In this document: positions 45,031-56,556 of the stretch, in pieces
How positions within the stretch are numbered: position 1 is the stretch's first letter
Layout: every line of letters begins with the position of its first letter
Source of the DNA: Phoronis australis
Lineage: Eukaryota; Animalia; Phoronida
Assembly: GCA_002633005.1 (NCBI GenBank)
Contig: NMRA01000106.1
Location: 863,338 to 927,337 of the forward strand
Reading direction: 5' to 3'
DNA length: 64,000 nt
Translations under genes and position numbers: made by a program
The notes under the pieces: model-generated
What the model was told of the DNA's origin: nothing
What the model saw: the letters and a program-made list of their open reading frames with translations, nothing else
Database searches by the model: none

Positions 45031-47061
45031 ATGGCGACTGCCATTGATTTCGAATCCATTATTCGCAATGCAAGAGTGGACAATGCTGTGAGATCTAGAA
45101 CAAATTTTGCGTCGATTTTTGAAAAGGTATACAAGATTAAATCGTTTGAAATGCTCTAGTCAATGCCTAATTCTAATTTTATAATGTATCAACAGTGGAA
45201 ACGGTGAATGTTCAGTGACCAGTCTCACTCTACCTCTGTGGGCCTGTGGCTCACAGGCGCGTGCTCATGTCACGAGCGCGACAAACTTTTGTTACTATAG
45301 GCAAACAAATGATATTCATTAGATTGTTTTTCACTCAAGCGGCTGCAGCCTGCAAGGTGAGTGTTGATTGACTCCTAGATTTTGCATGCGCCTGCTCCAC
45401 TCGCTAGCTACATGTTTCACGTGACCGAGGTGACGAGCAGAACTATACCCGGGCTGTGGGAAATTTCGGGGATGTAACGGAGCTCAATAACGCAGTGCTA
45501 CCAAGTTTTATTTTTGCGAGTCTTTTCACAGCTAGCTGACCGGTTACGTCATAACCCGCAGTATCGTACAAAGGCCTTGATAACTACATTTTGTCCGGCG
45601 GTCATGTTCAGTCCCCGGCGGTCCTGTTTTCTGGTGGGGCGGTCATGTTTTTATATGCGTCAGTCCCATTTTCTGGTGTGACGGTCCCATTTGATCCCCG
45701 GAGGTCCTGTTTTGGGTGAGTCAGTCCGATTTAGAGGACCGGCGGTCATGTTGTTTCTTACTTAGGCAATGACCATCGCCTCTGTTGGCCCGAACCAGAG
45801 GCGATGCAGACCCTATAGGCGCTCTGTACGCCGGAAGCTTTTCGGCGAATTATGCCTCGCACCGACTAAACCATCAAAGTCACGTTGTTATAAATACCTT
45901 TTGCGCATAGAGGAACACCTTAGGAGGTTGTCGATGTGTTAAATAATTTAGCTTACTAAAAGAAGACTGTTGTTTTTAATGATCACTAATTTTGCGTCAG
46001 ATTTTATCTTGCCACTTTTTTACCCACATCGGTTCAAAGTTGTATATTTAGTAATACCAAGGCTACCTCTGGCTCTGTCTTGGCGCTGCTTTCTGCCGGT
46101 CTGGAAGTTGAAACGTAACACAGGCAGACGAATTTCACATCGACTGGTTACCATATAAGAAACATACATGTCTTTTATTTGAGTTAGTGTTGGTACCAGT
46201 GGCAGATACGAGGAACAGATAAACTCGTGGGCATGTGTTCTGAAATAGCCCATCCCCACCCCCGGTTGCCCCAATCAGTACCAATAGTCAATACCCCAAT
46301 CTGTCCAACCTCCAGCACCACCCCTAATTTACAATAAATTTGGCATTGATTTCTTTTGTTAATGTGGTCCTGTTAAATGCTGGTTTTGTAGTACTTTAAG
46401 GATTAAAAAGCTGCAAGGCAGATAATGGAAATTGATTGTTTGTGATGATTCAATATGCTCTTTATTACAGTATGATCGTGAATTTCCTGACAGCGACGAA
46501 ATCAACTTAAGTGATTTTTCTATCGTTAAAGATCGAGGTATGTCTCATTGAACTGTTCTAAAATCATCATTTGTAAATGGCATCTGCTCATCTGCTCATT
46601 CCCCTGAACAACAATGATTCCAATAGAACAACACAATTCCTGATAGACGTTGATACTATGGCACCATAGGCTATTGTACATGGACCGCCAACTCTGTATA
46701 TTTTCAAGGGACGAAATGTGTGATCTTACGCATAAGTCGTGATGTCATTATTCACTAGCGACACCTGGCAAAATTAGCAAGTTTTACTTCTGGCATGTGC
46801 TAATCATAGTCAGCTGTTGTGTGGTCATTTGCTAAAAGTACTCATGGTACCAACAGTTCTATTATTGGAAAACTCTGAGCAGCATTTCAATGCAGACATT
46901 TTTTTTTTCATTGTACTGGACAGTTAAGTAAATGCTAGAATTTTTCGTCTCAATACACTAATTAATATTTTGTTTTTATTAAATTAATTTTTATTATTAC
47001 CTCAATTACATTGATTATTATCACTGTTGTTGTTATTATTATTATTATTATATTATTATTA

Positions 47062-47092
<31 letters not shown>

Positions 47093-48526
47093 TAGGCCAT
47101 TTGAAAAAGATCAAGACTCAAAGTTTTGGTCACAGTCGACTTGCCGTGGAGAGAAGGAGAGGTAGAGTCATGAGTTTACAGTTAAAATTTTATGTATAAA
47201 ATGATGTGTCCAAGGTCACTACAGCACTGCATAGTTATACGACCTCGAACTACGTGGTATCAATACAGCTGAATTTCTCTATGAGTTCTGAGGAATGTCC
47301 ATGTCCTTCATATTGGAATTATGGAGAGAAATTCAGACACAACTAGGTTGTTTAATGGCACTGCACTTAATTAAAACTTTGTTGCTCGGTCATCATTAAA
47401 CATTTACTTAAAAAAAATTTTGGAAATTTGTTTTTGTCAATATGCTTGATGCTGATATCATGTTCATGCACTTTTAATGTTTACAAAGGTTAGACAGACT
47501 CTATTCACATTTTGTTTTCATGAAACAACTGCAGTTAAAGTCTCAACGATTTTGAATAAAAATATTGCCCTTATTTGTTTTTCAGGGGGTTTGAACACTG
47601 TTGCAAATGCCCAAAATTTCTTATTTAAAATGTTGTCGCATGGTAGCTATGGTACATAACTTGAACTTAAACAAATGCTCAAGTAACCAGTCCAAATATA
47701 GTAAACATACAGCACAACAGTCATCAAACATACAGCACAACAGTCATCAAACATACAGCACAACAGTCATCAAACATACAGCACAACAGNNNNNNNNNNN
47801 NNNNNNNNNNNNNNNNNNNNNNNNNNNNNNNNNNNNNNNNNNNNNNNNNNNNNNNNNNNNNNNNNNNNNNNNNNNNNNNNNNNNNNNNNNNNNNNNNNNN
47901 NNNNNNNNNNNNNNNNNNNNNNNNNNNNNNNNNNNNNNNNNNNNNNNNNNNNNNNNNNNNNNNNNNNNNNNNNNNNNNNNNNNNNNNNNNNNNNNNNNNN
48001 NNNNNNNNNNNNNNNNNNNNNNNNNNNNNNNNNNNNNNNNNNNNNNNNNNNNNNNNNNNNNNNNNNNNNNNNNNNNNNNNNNNNNNNNNNNNNNNNNNNN
48101 NNNNNNNNNNNNNNNNNNNNNNNNNNNNNNNNNNNNNNNNNNNNNNNNNNNNNNNNNNNNNNNNNNNNNNNNNNNNNNNNNNNNNNNNNNNNNNNNNNNN
48201 NNNNNNNNNNNNNNNNNNACAACTAGTTCTTGTCTGTCAATCATCTAAGTTCTTAACAGGTCCTCCTGGAGGCAATTTGTTTGCAAGTGTTGGATTTTAT
48301 ATTTTAACCTATTAAAAATAATTAAAAAATTATGGGTCATTGGTTGGAGAAATAAATGAAAAATATGGGCGGTGGGTACGAAATAAAAGTGCCTTCCCCC
48401 CCCTCCCATACAGATTTTGCTGGAACAGCCCTAATTAATATTTTGTTTTTACTAAATTAATTTTTATTATTAGCTCAATTACATTGATTATTATCACTGT
48501 TGTTGTTATTATTATTATTATTATTA

Positions 48527-48563
<37 letters not shown>

Positions 48564-51500
48564 TAGGCCATTTGAAAAAGATCAAGACTCAAAGTTTTGG
48601 TCACAGTCGACTTGCCGTGGAGAGAAGGAGAGGTAGAGTCATGAGTTTACAGTTCAAATTTATGCATAAAATGATGTGCCCAAGGTCGCTTCAGCACTGT
48701 ATAGTTATTCGACCTTGAACTACATAGTATCAATACAGCTGACTTTCTCTATGAGTTCTGAGGAATGTCCATGGCCTTCATATTGGAATTATGGAGGGAA
48801 ATTCAGACACAACTAGGTTGTTTAATGGCACTGCACTTAATTAAAACTTTTTTGCTCAGTCATCATTAAACATTTACTTAAAAAAAATTTTGGGAAATTT
48901 GTTTTTGTCAATATGCTTGATGCTGATATCATGTTCATGCACTTTTAATGTTTACAAAGGTTAGACAGACTCTATTCACATTTTGTTTTCATGAAACAAC
49001 TGCAGTTCAAGTCTCAATGATTTTGAATAAAAATATTTGCTGAAATTGCCCTTATTTGTTTTTCAGGGGGTTTGAACACCGTTGCAAATGCCCAAAATTT
49101 CTTATTTAAAATGTTGTCACATGGTAGCTATGGTACATAACTTGAACTTATGCTCAAGTAACCAGTCCAAATATAGTAAACATACAGCACAACAGTCATC
49201 AAACATACAGCACAACAGTCATCAAACATACAGCACAACAGTCATCAAACTTATAGCACAGCAGTCAAACATACAACACAACAGTCAAACATACAACACA
49301 AGAGTCGTCAAACTTACAGGCTCAACAGTCATCAAACATACAGCACAACAGTCATCAAACATGCAGCACAACAGATAAAGTTTGAGTCTAATACTAGAAA
49401 AAAACTTACAAAAATTAGTGACGTTGCGTCCGCATTTCACGGACTTCAGCTTGGCTTGTGACGTTAGTGTTATTCTGGCTAATTGGTGGTGTTTTGACCA
49501 GATGGCGTGGCATTGACGCCAGAACACCATCCCATACATGTGACAAATCGATTCTGTCCCTTTAACTAGGACAACGATGTTGTGACATCTGCATTTTAAT
49601 GGACTGTTTCGTTTCACCTAACTGTCAGCGCTGGGGATCCTTACACTGAACACCATAGACAACACATGATTTATTACCCTTGGGGGTCTTGTCCTTGACA
49701 TTAACCAGTTAGCTGCGGAGAGAATTAAACGGTTTGTGGATGATAGAAATGTCAAACTGTTCAAAATGTCCTCTTGAGGCGGTCAGAAAGACCTGATAGA
49801 CTCAAACTTTATCTGTTTTCTGAACTTGATGTCTCAAAATTGTCATGCTTTTATACAGCACAACAGTCATCAAACAAAGTAAACTGTTTCTCTGTCATGA
49901 CAACTAATTCTGTTAAATGCAAAAATAACTGGTAATATCCATTTTGGTGGTAACGTTGTAATTCCACAATGACTTAGCGGCCTTACTAACACTCCACCTC
50001 TGTTCCCGCTATTGTCGGTCATGAGGGAAGGATTTAGTGGAAAGTGTTGAAAATGTCATAGTGTTCTGAACATTGATCACATTAATGATTTTGGCCAAAG
50101 TATCAGTACTAGTACAGACTTCAAAATCGGCGCATATGTAAACAAAAGACATTTTATGAATCGACGTGTACCTGTGCAGACTGTTCTCCACCTGTGTTAC
50201 CTGAGTGGAATATTGAGAACATTTGTCTTGGGAACGGTTTAGTGACAATAAACCGAAACGTCGATTAATTCAATGTCTTTGTTTACATAGGCGCTGATTT
50301 TGAACTTAGTACTGAACACGAATCTACATATGATAATGAGAATTGTTTTGCTTTGGCGTATCTAGAGACTGAGGTTGGCATGGACACCTTTTCAAATGAT
50401 GATTGGAGCTTTGTAAATGCAACTGTTGTAACTGCTTTTGCAGATCTTAGTCATCTTCTACTTGATGTTGTGTCTTTGGACTCGGACGAGCCAGATACCT
50501 CTGAAGACATTTGTACTACAGGTACTTACATGGGTGATTTTTAAAAATTGAACAAATCAATAATTAGGGGGTGAGCATGGGTATTTAATTAGAGACTTTT
50601 TGAGAAGTTGGACAGATTGTCAATTTGAATGAACACCCCACCACTACCTTTATGTTAGACTTGTGTGCAAAAATCGAGTGAAAATAGAAGAGTTTTGAGT
50701 ATTTGCCTTCCAAATAAGTTTTGGTGCTGCTGAACTGACTGTCTATCAAATGTAGGAGAGGTCTACGTTTTTGGAGCTAAAATACAAGTGGGAAGAGTAT
50801 TCACAAAGGTATGGATGCTTTAAAGGGAGTCCCCGTTGTGTTAAGTTGGAGTGAGAGTGGGTGTTTAAGAGTGAAAATTTGGTATTTTCATGGGTGGACG
50901 TAAGATAAACATAGGTATTTACTTGGACGAGTGTGGTGGATTGTACGCTCAGGTTTGAATTAATTTGTTTAATCATTAATTTTTGAAAATAGTATTAGAA
51001 ATTGTTATTTCATGTAACTATCTACTCAAGCTTAATACTTACCGGGTGATTCCACAGGATTTTCTATAACTCTTATAGGAAGACTATCCTAGTGTTTCCT
51101 CATCATAAAGGGACAAAAACTGAAGTCAACTAGACTAACAAATTGAATGGATGCCTGGGTCACTTGATATATTATTTGATGGATTTAAACTGGCTTGACA
51201 AATTTAGATGAAACTTTGTTTTTCTTATCCTGAGGATTGCAGCACCCCCTTGTGGCTATTGTTTACAAAACAACTAATAACCAACATGCCGTCATGGTAA
51301 TGCTTTGCTCCTCTCCTGTTTGAATGCTGCACAATGTTGTTATTGTCTTAATTATCTGTATTTGATTACTAACAATGCCCAAGAAGACGACACCAAAAAT
51401 GGCGTACTCACACAGACTTACCCTAGAACAAGTTACACCTGCAGCGAGTTGTCACTCGGTTGAAGTGCTGTCTGGACAGTATTTAAAATAGTGCGCTTTA

Positions 51501-53500
51501 CCCCTCTTGTGACAACTTCACACATTATTGAGGTGGGGTAACGTTTTCTAGGGTACCTTGCACTACTTGTTGTTGCTGTTTGATCACAAAGGTGGGGTAG
51601 AGCGGAAGTAATTATCAGCTGGGGTTACATACAGACGGGTTTTCGTTTGCGCTCTGTGCTGGCATTAAGTGTTCATTGCCAATGACAGAGTGACAACTTC
51701 CGCCTTACCCTAGCTACCGGATATGTTTTGTGTGGACACTCCACTCTGAAGCGGGGTAAGTCGCACTAGTGGAAAATGTTTTGGGGCAGACTGTGTGCAA
51801 ACAGGACTTTAAACTTGCCAATGTCAATGGTATGTTTGTTTATTATTAGACACTATCACCGACAATAGTGATGCTGACGATGATGCTAGGTCCAGTTCAA
51901 GTGAACTAGACATCAGTGGTGAGGAGAGCGATGGCGATGCTAGATCCAGTCCAAGTGAGCTAGACAGGGGTGGTGAGGAGAGTGATGATGATGCTAGGTC
52001 CAGTCCAAGTGAAATAGACAGGGGTGGTGAGGAGAGTGAAAGTGATCTTAGGTCAAGTCTAAGTGAGCTGGATGGGGATGATCTGGGGAGTGATGGAGAT
52101 ATCTCGGATGTGTCATCATTATATGAGTGTGATTCGGCGATGGAAGATAAGTAAGTTAGTTAGCCATTATGTGGTCATCGTTCAGTCATTGCAGAACAAC
52201 CATTAGCCTCTAAATGTACATTTTGTACTGAACAGATGTCATAAATTTTGAGTTATGAATGTTTTAACAATGTAAGCAGCCTTTGGAAATATGAAAATGA
52301 CAATTTTGGCATTTGTTTTCGCATGAAATTGAACTGAAGTTATTGTACCTGTTTTGTAGAAGCGGCGAAGTATCTTCTGGTTGTGAACTGCTGTCCGACA
52401 GTGACGATGATTACTCTGTTGTAAGACCGACACATCAAGCCACAACTGATATCAAACGCCCCAGCAGTCACAAACACATGTCAAGTCAGTCAACAGTCAG
52501 TGGTGGTGACAAAAAAGCTCCTACGTCAGACTTAGAAATGTCATCTAATGTGAAACATGAACAGCATTTAGAGAAGTCAGAAAAGTCCCATAGTGAAGTC
52601 ACAACCATAGAAAACTCTGTGCCACCTGCTGACTTTGGTGTGAATATCAACCTGGAAATGAGCCTCGATCCTCTGTCTGTTTTTTACATGTTTTTCAATA
52701 ATTTGCCGTTAACACCAAAGCACAATAAGAGGGATACAAATAAAATTGAACGACCTCCCATGACACCTGGCAGACTGCTGTCTCCTTCGCAGCTCATGGA
52801 CAAATTAAAACTTTTTTCTCCAAAAAGTTCCAGGAAGATAGCTTCTCCATTGAATTTAAACGCTCTTTCTCCCAAGAATTCCTTGAAAGTTGCTTCACCA
52901 TCACATAAAAATGGTCATGTTTTAAATGGAAGTTCCAAAAAACACCAAGAGAATGTATTTCAGAGCCAAGGTTTGGACATTGCTGAAGCCTCAAATTGTG
53001 ATGATGGAGTGAGCAAAAGTTTCCAGTATTCTGCTCGAAGAAGATTACTGGAAGCGCCATCTGTGGCCTTGAGTAGCACACCCTCGAAGAAAGACCACCC
53101 TACTTTGGAGATCAGCTCAATTTCATCTATTGAATCGCACAGTATTACGTCTTCAAATCTGCATAACTCAGTGAAGGTATTTCACATTCCAAGTGCTGCC
53201 CAAAGGGAACATTCAAAACCGATCGGCATTGTTTCCGGTTACAGGAACACAAAAAACACATTGACGCTTAGATCTGTAAACAATTGGCCACTTAGAATGC
53301 AGTGTAGTGCAGAGAGGCCAGTTGGTGTCGGGCGAGTGCCAATCTATAGACAAAATGTTCAGAAAAATTCAACAAAACGATTCAATCCATACCCATTCAG
53401 TGAAGACAATGATGTTGAAGTCAAGAATCAAAATAATTCATGTCTTGGTCCAGATAGGTGTACTAAAGCTTTCTGTTTCCGATGTTTAAATGACCAGTGA
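45031..53500 (+). CDS. Scm3/HJURP-family CENP-A chaperone (putative), ~582 or ~633 aa
   Basis: Exons 45031-45126, 46471-46537, 47096-47161 (duplicate 48567-48632), 50444-50521 (or 50291-50521), 51850-52150 and 52360-53500; phases 0,1,1,1,2 are all compatible. N-terminus MATAIDFESIIRNARVDNAVRSRTNFASIFEK|YDREFPDSDEINLSDFSIVKDRG|HLKKI matches the Scm3 signature F.sIfeKY...F...DEIdL....IV.D.GHL. C-terminus CLGPDRCTKAFCFRCL. Confidence 0.85.
45592..45752. repeat. Degenerate ~20-21-bp GC-rich tandem repeat, ~8 copies, intronic
   Basis: GGCGGTC(A/C)TGTT / CAGTCCCATTT variants recur at ~21-bp spacing. Confidence 0.65.
47033..47092. repeat. (TAT)n microsatellite (second copy ~48506-48563)
   Basis: About 20 TAT units directly before the exon-3 acceptor TTTAG. 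Confidence 0.95.
47704..47789. repeat. 23-bp minisatellite (also ~49178-49372 and one copy at ~49853)
   Basis: AAACATACAGCACAACAGTCATC units running into the N gap. Confidence 0.9.
48219..48431. mobile_element. Right end of a probable PIF/Harbinger-type MITE
   Basis: Ends ...CCCCCCCCTCCCCATACAGATTTTGCTGGAACAGCCC followed by TAA; absent from the other copy of the duplicated segment; the left end is hidden in the gap. Confidence 0.5.
51410..51770. mobile_element. Degenerate non-autonomous DNA transposon remnant
   Basis: Multiple TTACCC(C) / GGGGTAA(GTCGCAC) motifs in both orientations, typical of subterminal repeats. Confidence 0.35.
51876..52095 (+). repeat. Coding 54-bp (18-aa) acidic/Ser tandem repeat x4
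   Basis: DDDARSSSSELDISGEES DGDARSSPSELDRGGEES DDDARSSPSEIDRGGEES ESDLRSSLSELDGDDLGS in exon 51850-52150. Confidence 0.85.
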
Positions 53501-56500
53501 TTCATGGGACATTAATTTTTTTTTGATTTTATGAGCCAACTAATATTGCCCGACTGAGAGTTGTCCGTTTTTGGCTTGAAATGATAGTTTCTAAACAAAG
53601 AAATCAATACCTTTTATTCCCATTTCGTAAATTTTACTGTCTGCACTACATATTGATAAATGCTTTTCTCGTTTTACAAAATTTTGTTGACCTAAGGTGG
53701 TGCTCTTATCGTCTGCGCATTCTCTTTAAGCTGATGTAAACTTTCCTTCTATCAAAAAAAACTAAATTTAGGTCACTTACCATTGTGATGGTTTCTCACT
53801 CAGATTAGAATTTGTGGGCGTGTCAAAAACTGACGTCATTCCTCAAGACCAGATTCAATAAATTGGCTTCACCAGGAGGGCTCTTTTATGCACCGAGCAA
53901 AGCCTCAAATAATAATGATATGTCGGCTCCTCCATAGTGCAGAAACCACTTAATATAATATGAGTAAGGAACAAGTGGAGACCTCTTGTGTGACTGCAAC
54001 ATAGTCAAAATCATGAGTTAGTGTCTAATGGTTGATGGTGGGCATTCAACAGCTGCAAGTCGTGCTAGGTTGGTGTATGAAGTTCTATAGTGGCGAGGAA
54101 TAGTTGGACTTCGTGGAAAAATTCTCTATTGAAACTTGCACTAATTAAATTAAATTAAATGAGATACTTATAAATCTTGACACCTTATTGAGATGCGTTG
54201 GTTAATCTGAATCCTATGAAATGAAATTTCATTGAAATCAGTGCAGTTGGACTTTGTGATGCGAGATTTGTTGTTCTATACTTGAACATTTTTATGATTA
54301 TGTTTACGGTTATTGTTATTCCTGAAGTGAATTATTTGTTTTTTCCAAGACATTAGTTGTGTATGAATTGAATTGTTTTCTTTTGCACTAATTTCAATTG
54401 TTTGTGTTATTATTGTGTCATTATAAACTTTAATTGAATGTGATGTTGAGGTTTTCTCAGATTTCATCTAGGATATTTTTGTATGCGATTGAAGTTTTTA
54501 ATTTTAATCAGAGCCATGAAATGTGTTGATCAACTGAAGAAAGTGAAAATGAAGTAAAATTCACATAAGGCGGGTCCTAATAGAGCTAGAGTTTATCCAA
54601 GTGGAATGCACAAACTAGAACAGTGGTGCCATAAAACTTGCGACTGGAGAAAAAATGACTGGTGCGAATTTTACTGTAGCAGTGGCAGTATGCCACTTAA
54701 CTAAAAAACTTGCTAATAAAAATAGGGGACAATTTGTTTGAAATGACAAACATATATTTTCCACTATTAGAGAAATGTAATGATTGTAAAAGCCCCGTGA
54801 AGTGCAATCTTTGGAAACCATTGTTTGATTCGTGTTTCGGGGTGTAACTTTTGATTTTGTTTCTTTAATACAGCCAGTTAGCATTCTTTATTACTCATGC
54901 TGAAATCACATGCCAAATGAAGTTCATTAATTACTTGAATATGATTCAGTCGCCAACTCAAGTTATTCAAGTTAGAAATCTGTGGTTTCATCTCAACTTA
55001 ATTAGTGCCGTCCTGGGAACAATAACTTGGTCATGTTTGCCGTCAAATGACTTGTTATAAAAGTTTTAGGGTGTTCAACACTACTGAAACAGATCTGCTC
55101 CAAAGTTAATTTTACTTGAGACCCTAAAAGTAGTTGTTTTCTGAAAAAGTCTGATGTAGCTATGAGGCGAGGTCAAATCAAAATTGCCATTTTCTAAATG
55201 AGAATACACCAACTTTGCAGTGAAAAACACAATTTTGAGACGAAGAATATAACTTTTAATTTGAACCTCTTGCCCCAATAAAATTGATCTTGACTTAATC
55301 ATTACTCAGATGTGCCACGGTTTTTGGCGATGAATAAAACGAGACACAGTCATGTGTCAACTTGTACAACATTGTCTCATACAATAACAAACATCTTTCC
55401 AAGTTCAGACACTGTAACCATTTTGACTAAAGGAACAATTTTAGATCAATTTTATGACAGTAAGTTGGTTTCTAATGTGACAGAAGGTGGCTGTAACCTA
55501 CTTGACAGTAGATAGGGAACGGTACCCATGATGGAGAAATATTTCAAGGATGGCCTAAAATACAAAAATTGCATACAAACTACAATGTATACTTTATTAA
55601 TAATATTCAAATTACGGTTGATGGAATCCAAGTGTTTGAGCAGAGTTGACATAAAATGATATACAAAGTATAGAAACTACTGTTAAAGCAAAATAATGTT
55701 CTCTACATCAAATGCACGCCAGTTCACACAGCACATCACACCAGCAATAACTTTGTGGCCATTTCACAGCACCGTACCTGTGTACAGGCAAAAGGATTTC
55801 TGCAGTCACAAGTAAGACGAATATTCTTTAGTTTTAGAATATTAACAAAACTATTAAATACCCACTGCTTGTTCAGTAAAGACTGAATTAATGTATGCAG
55901 TTAAGACTAGCATTTTAACATGTTAGACATCAACAAAATATCTGTACATAGTCACTTTAGTTTGTTACAAATATTAATTACATCAAAATATGCATAAAAA
56001 ACGATGCACCAGTTCCAAGGAGTCTCTCCAAATACATACAAAATAACTTTAGACCGACACAGTCAATATTCGCCACTGTTGACCATATTAAGAATGCTTT
56101 AGTCACCAGTTGTGGATTCACAAAATTGAACAAGCGGTGAGTAAAATTCAGTTTTGGAATATTTGTGGTTTAAACTCTAAATAGCCATTTATTTGCAACA
56201 TTCAGGAGCTACCTGTAAGTTTTTTTGTAATGGCACACATGTTTACTAAAATTAGAAGGTACTAGACAAGTATTGCTGAAAATTCACACTTCAGAACTTT
56301 AGGTAAGTACCACTATATTGTCTCTATGGTGCTTTGGCAATTCCCGAATCAGCAGCAGACGATCTTCAATTAGACACCATTTGGGGCCATTAGATTGTAA
56401 AACATAAGTGGAAAATATCAACTAAGTGTTTACAGTTAGTGTAATGGCAGTCACTTAGTCATATAAGATCAAAAATTCAAAAAACCCTACTCTACAGCAG

Positions 56501-56556
56501 AATAACTTTAGTCTTAGCTTAGACCGATTTTGGTCTTGAGAAATTTTGTGAAACTA

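Larger units (their letters stand above)
46959..49250 (+). repeat. ~830-bp duplication flanking a 429-N gap (probable uncollapsed haplotypes), containing exon 3 of the Scm3-like gene
   Basis: 46959-47789 matches 48432-~49250; the gap is 47790-48218. Confidence 0.85.

Noticed and set aside
47011-48718. Poly-Tyr/Ile/Leu ORFs (47011-47199, 48500-48718) as membrane peptides
   Set aside because: These are translations of the (TAT)n microsatellite; only the 66-nt internal exon is coding.
47601-49378. ORFs with KHTAQQSSNIQHNSHQ repeats
   Set aside because: Translations of the 23-bp minisatellite and the N gap.
52313-53500. Stand-alone intronless 395-aa gene
   Set aside because: It begins at a non-ATG codon in intron-like sequence and has an acceptor at 52359 in phase with the upstream exon, so it is the terminal exon of the Scm3-like gene.
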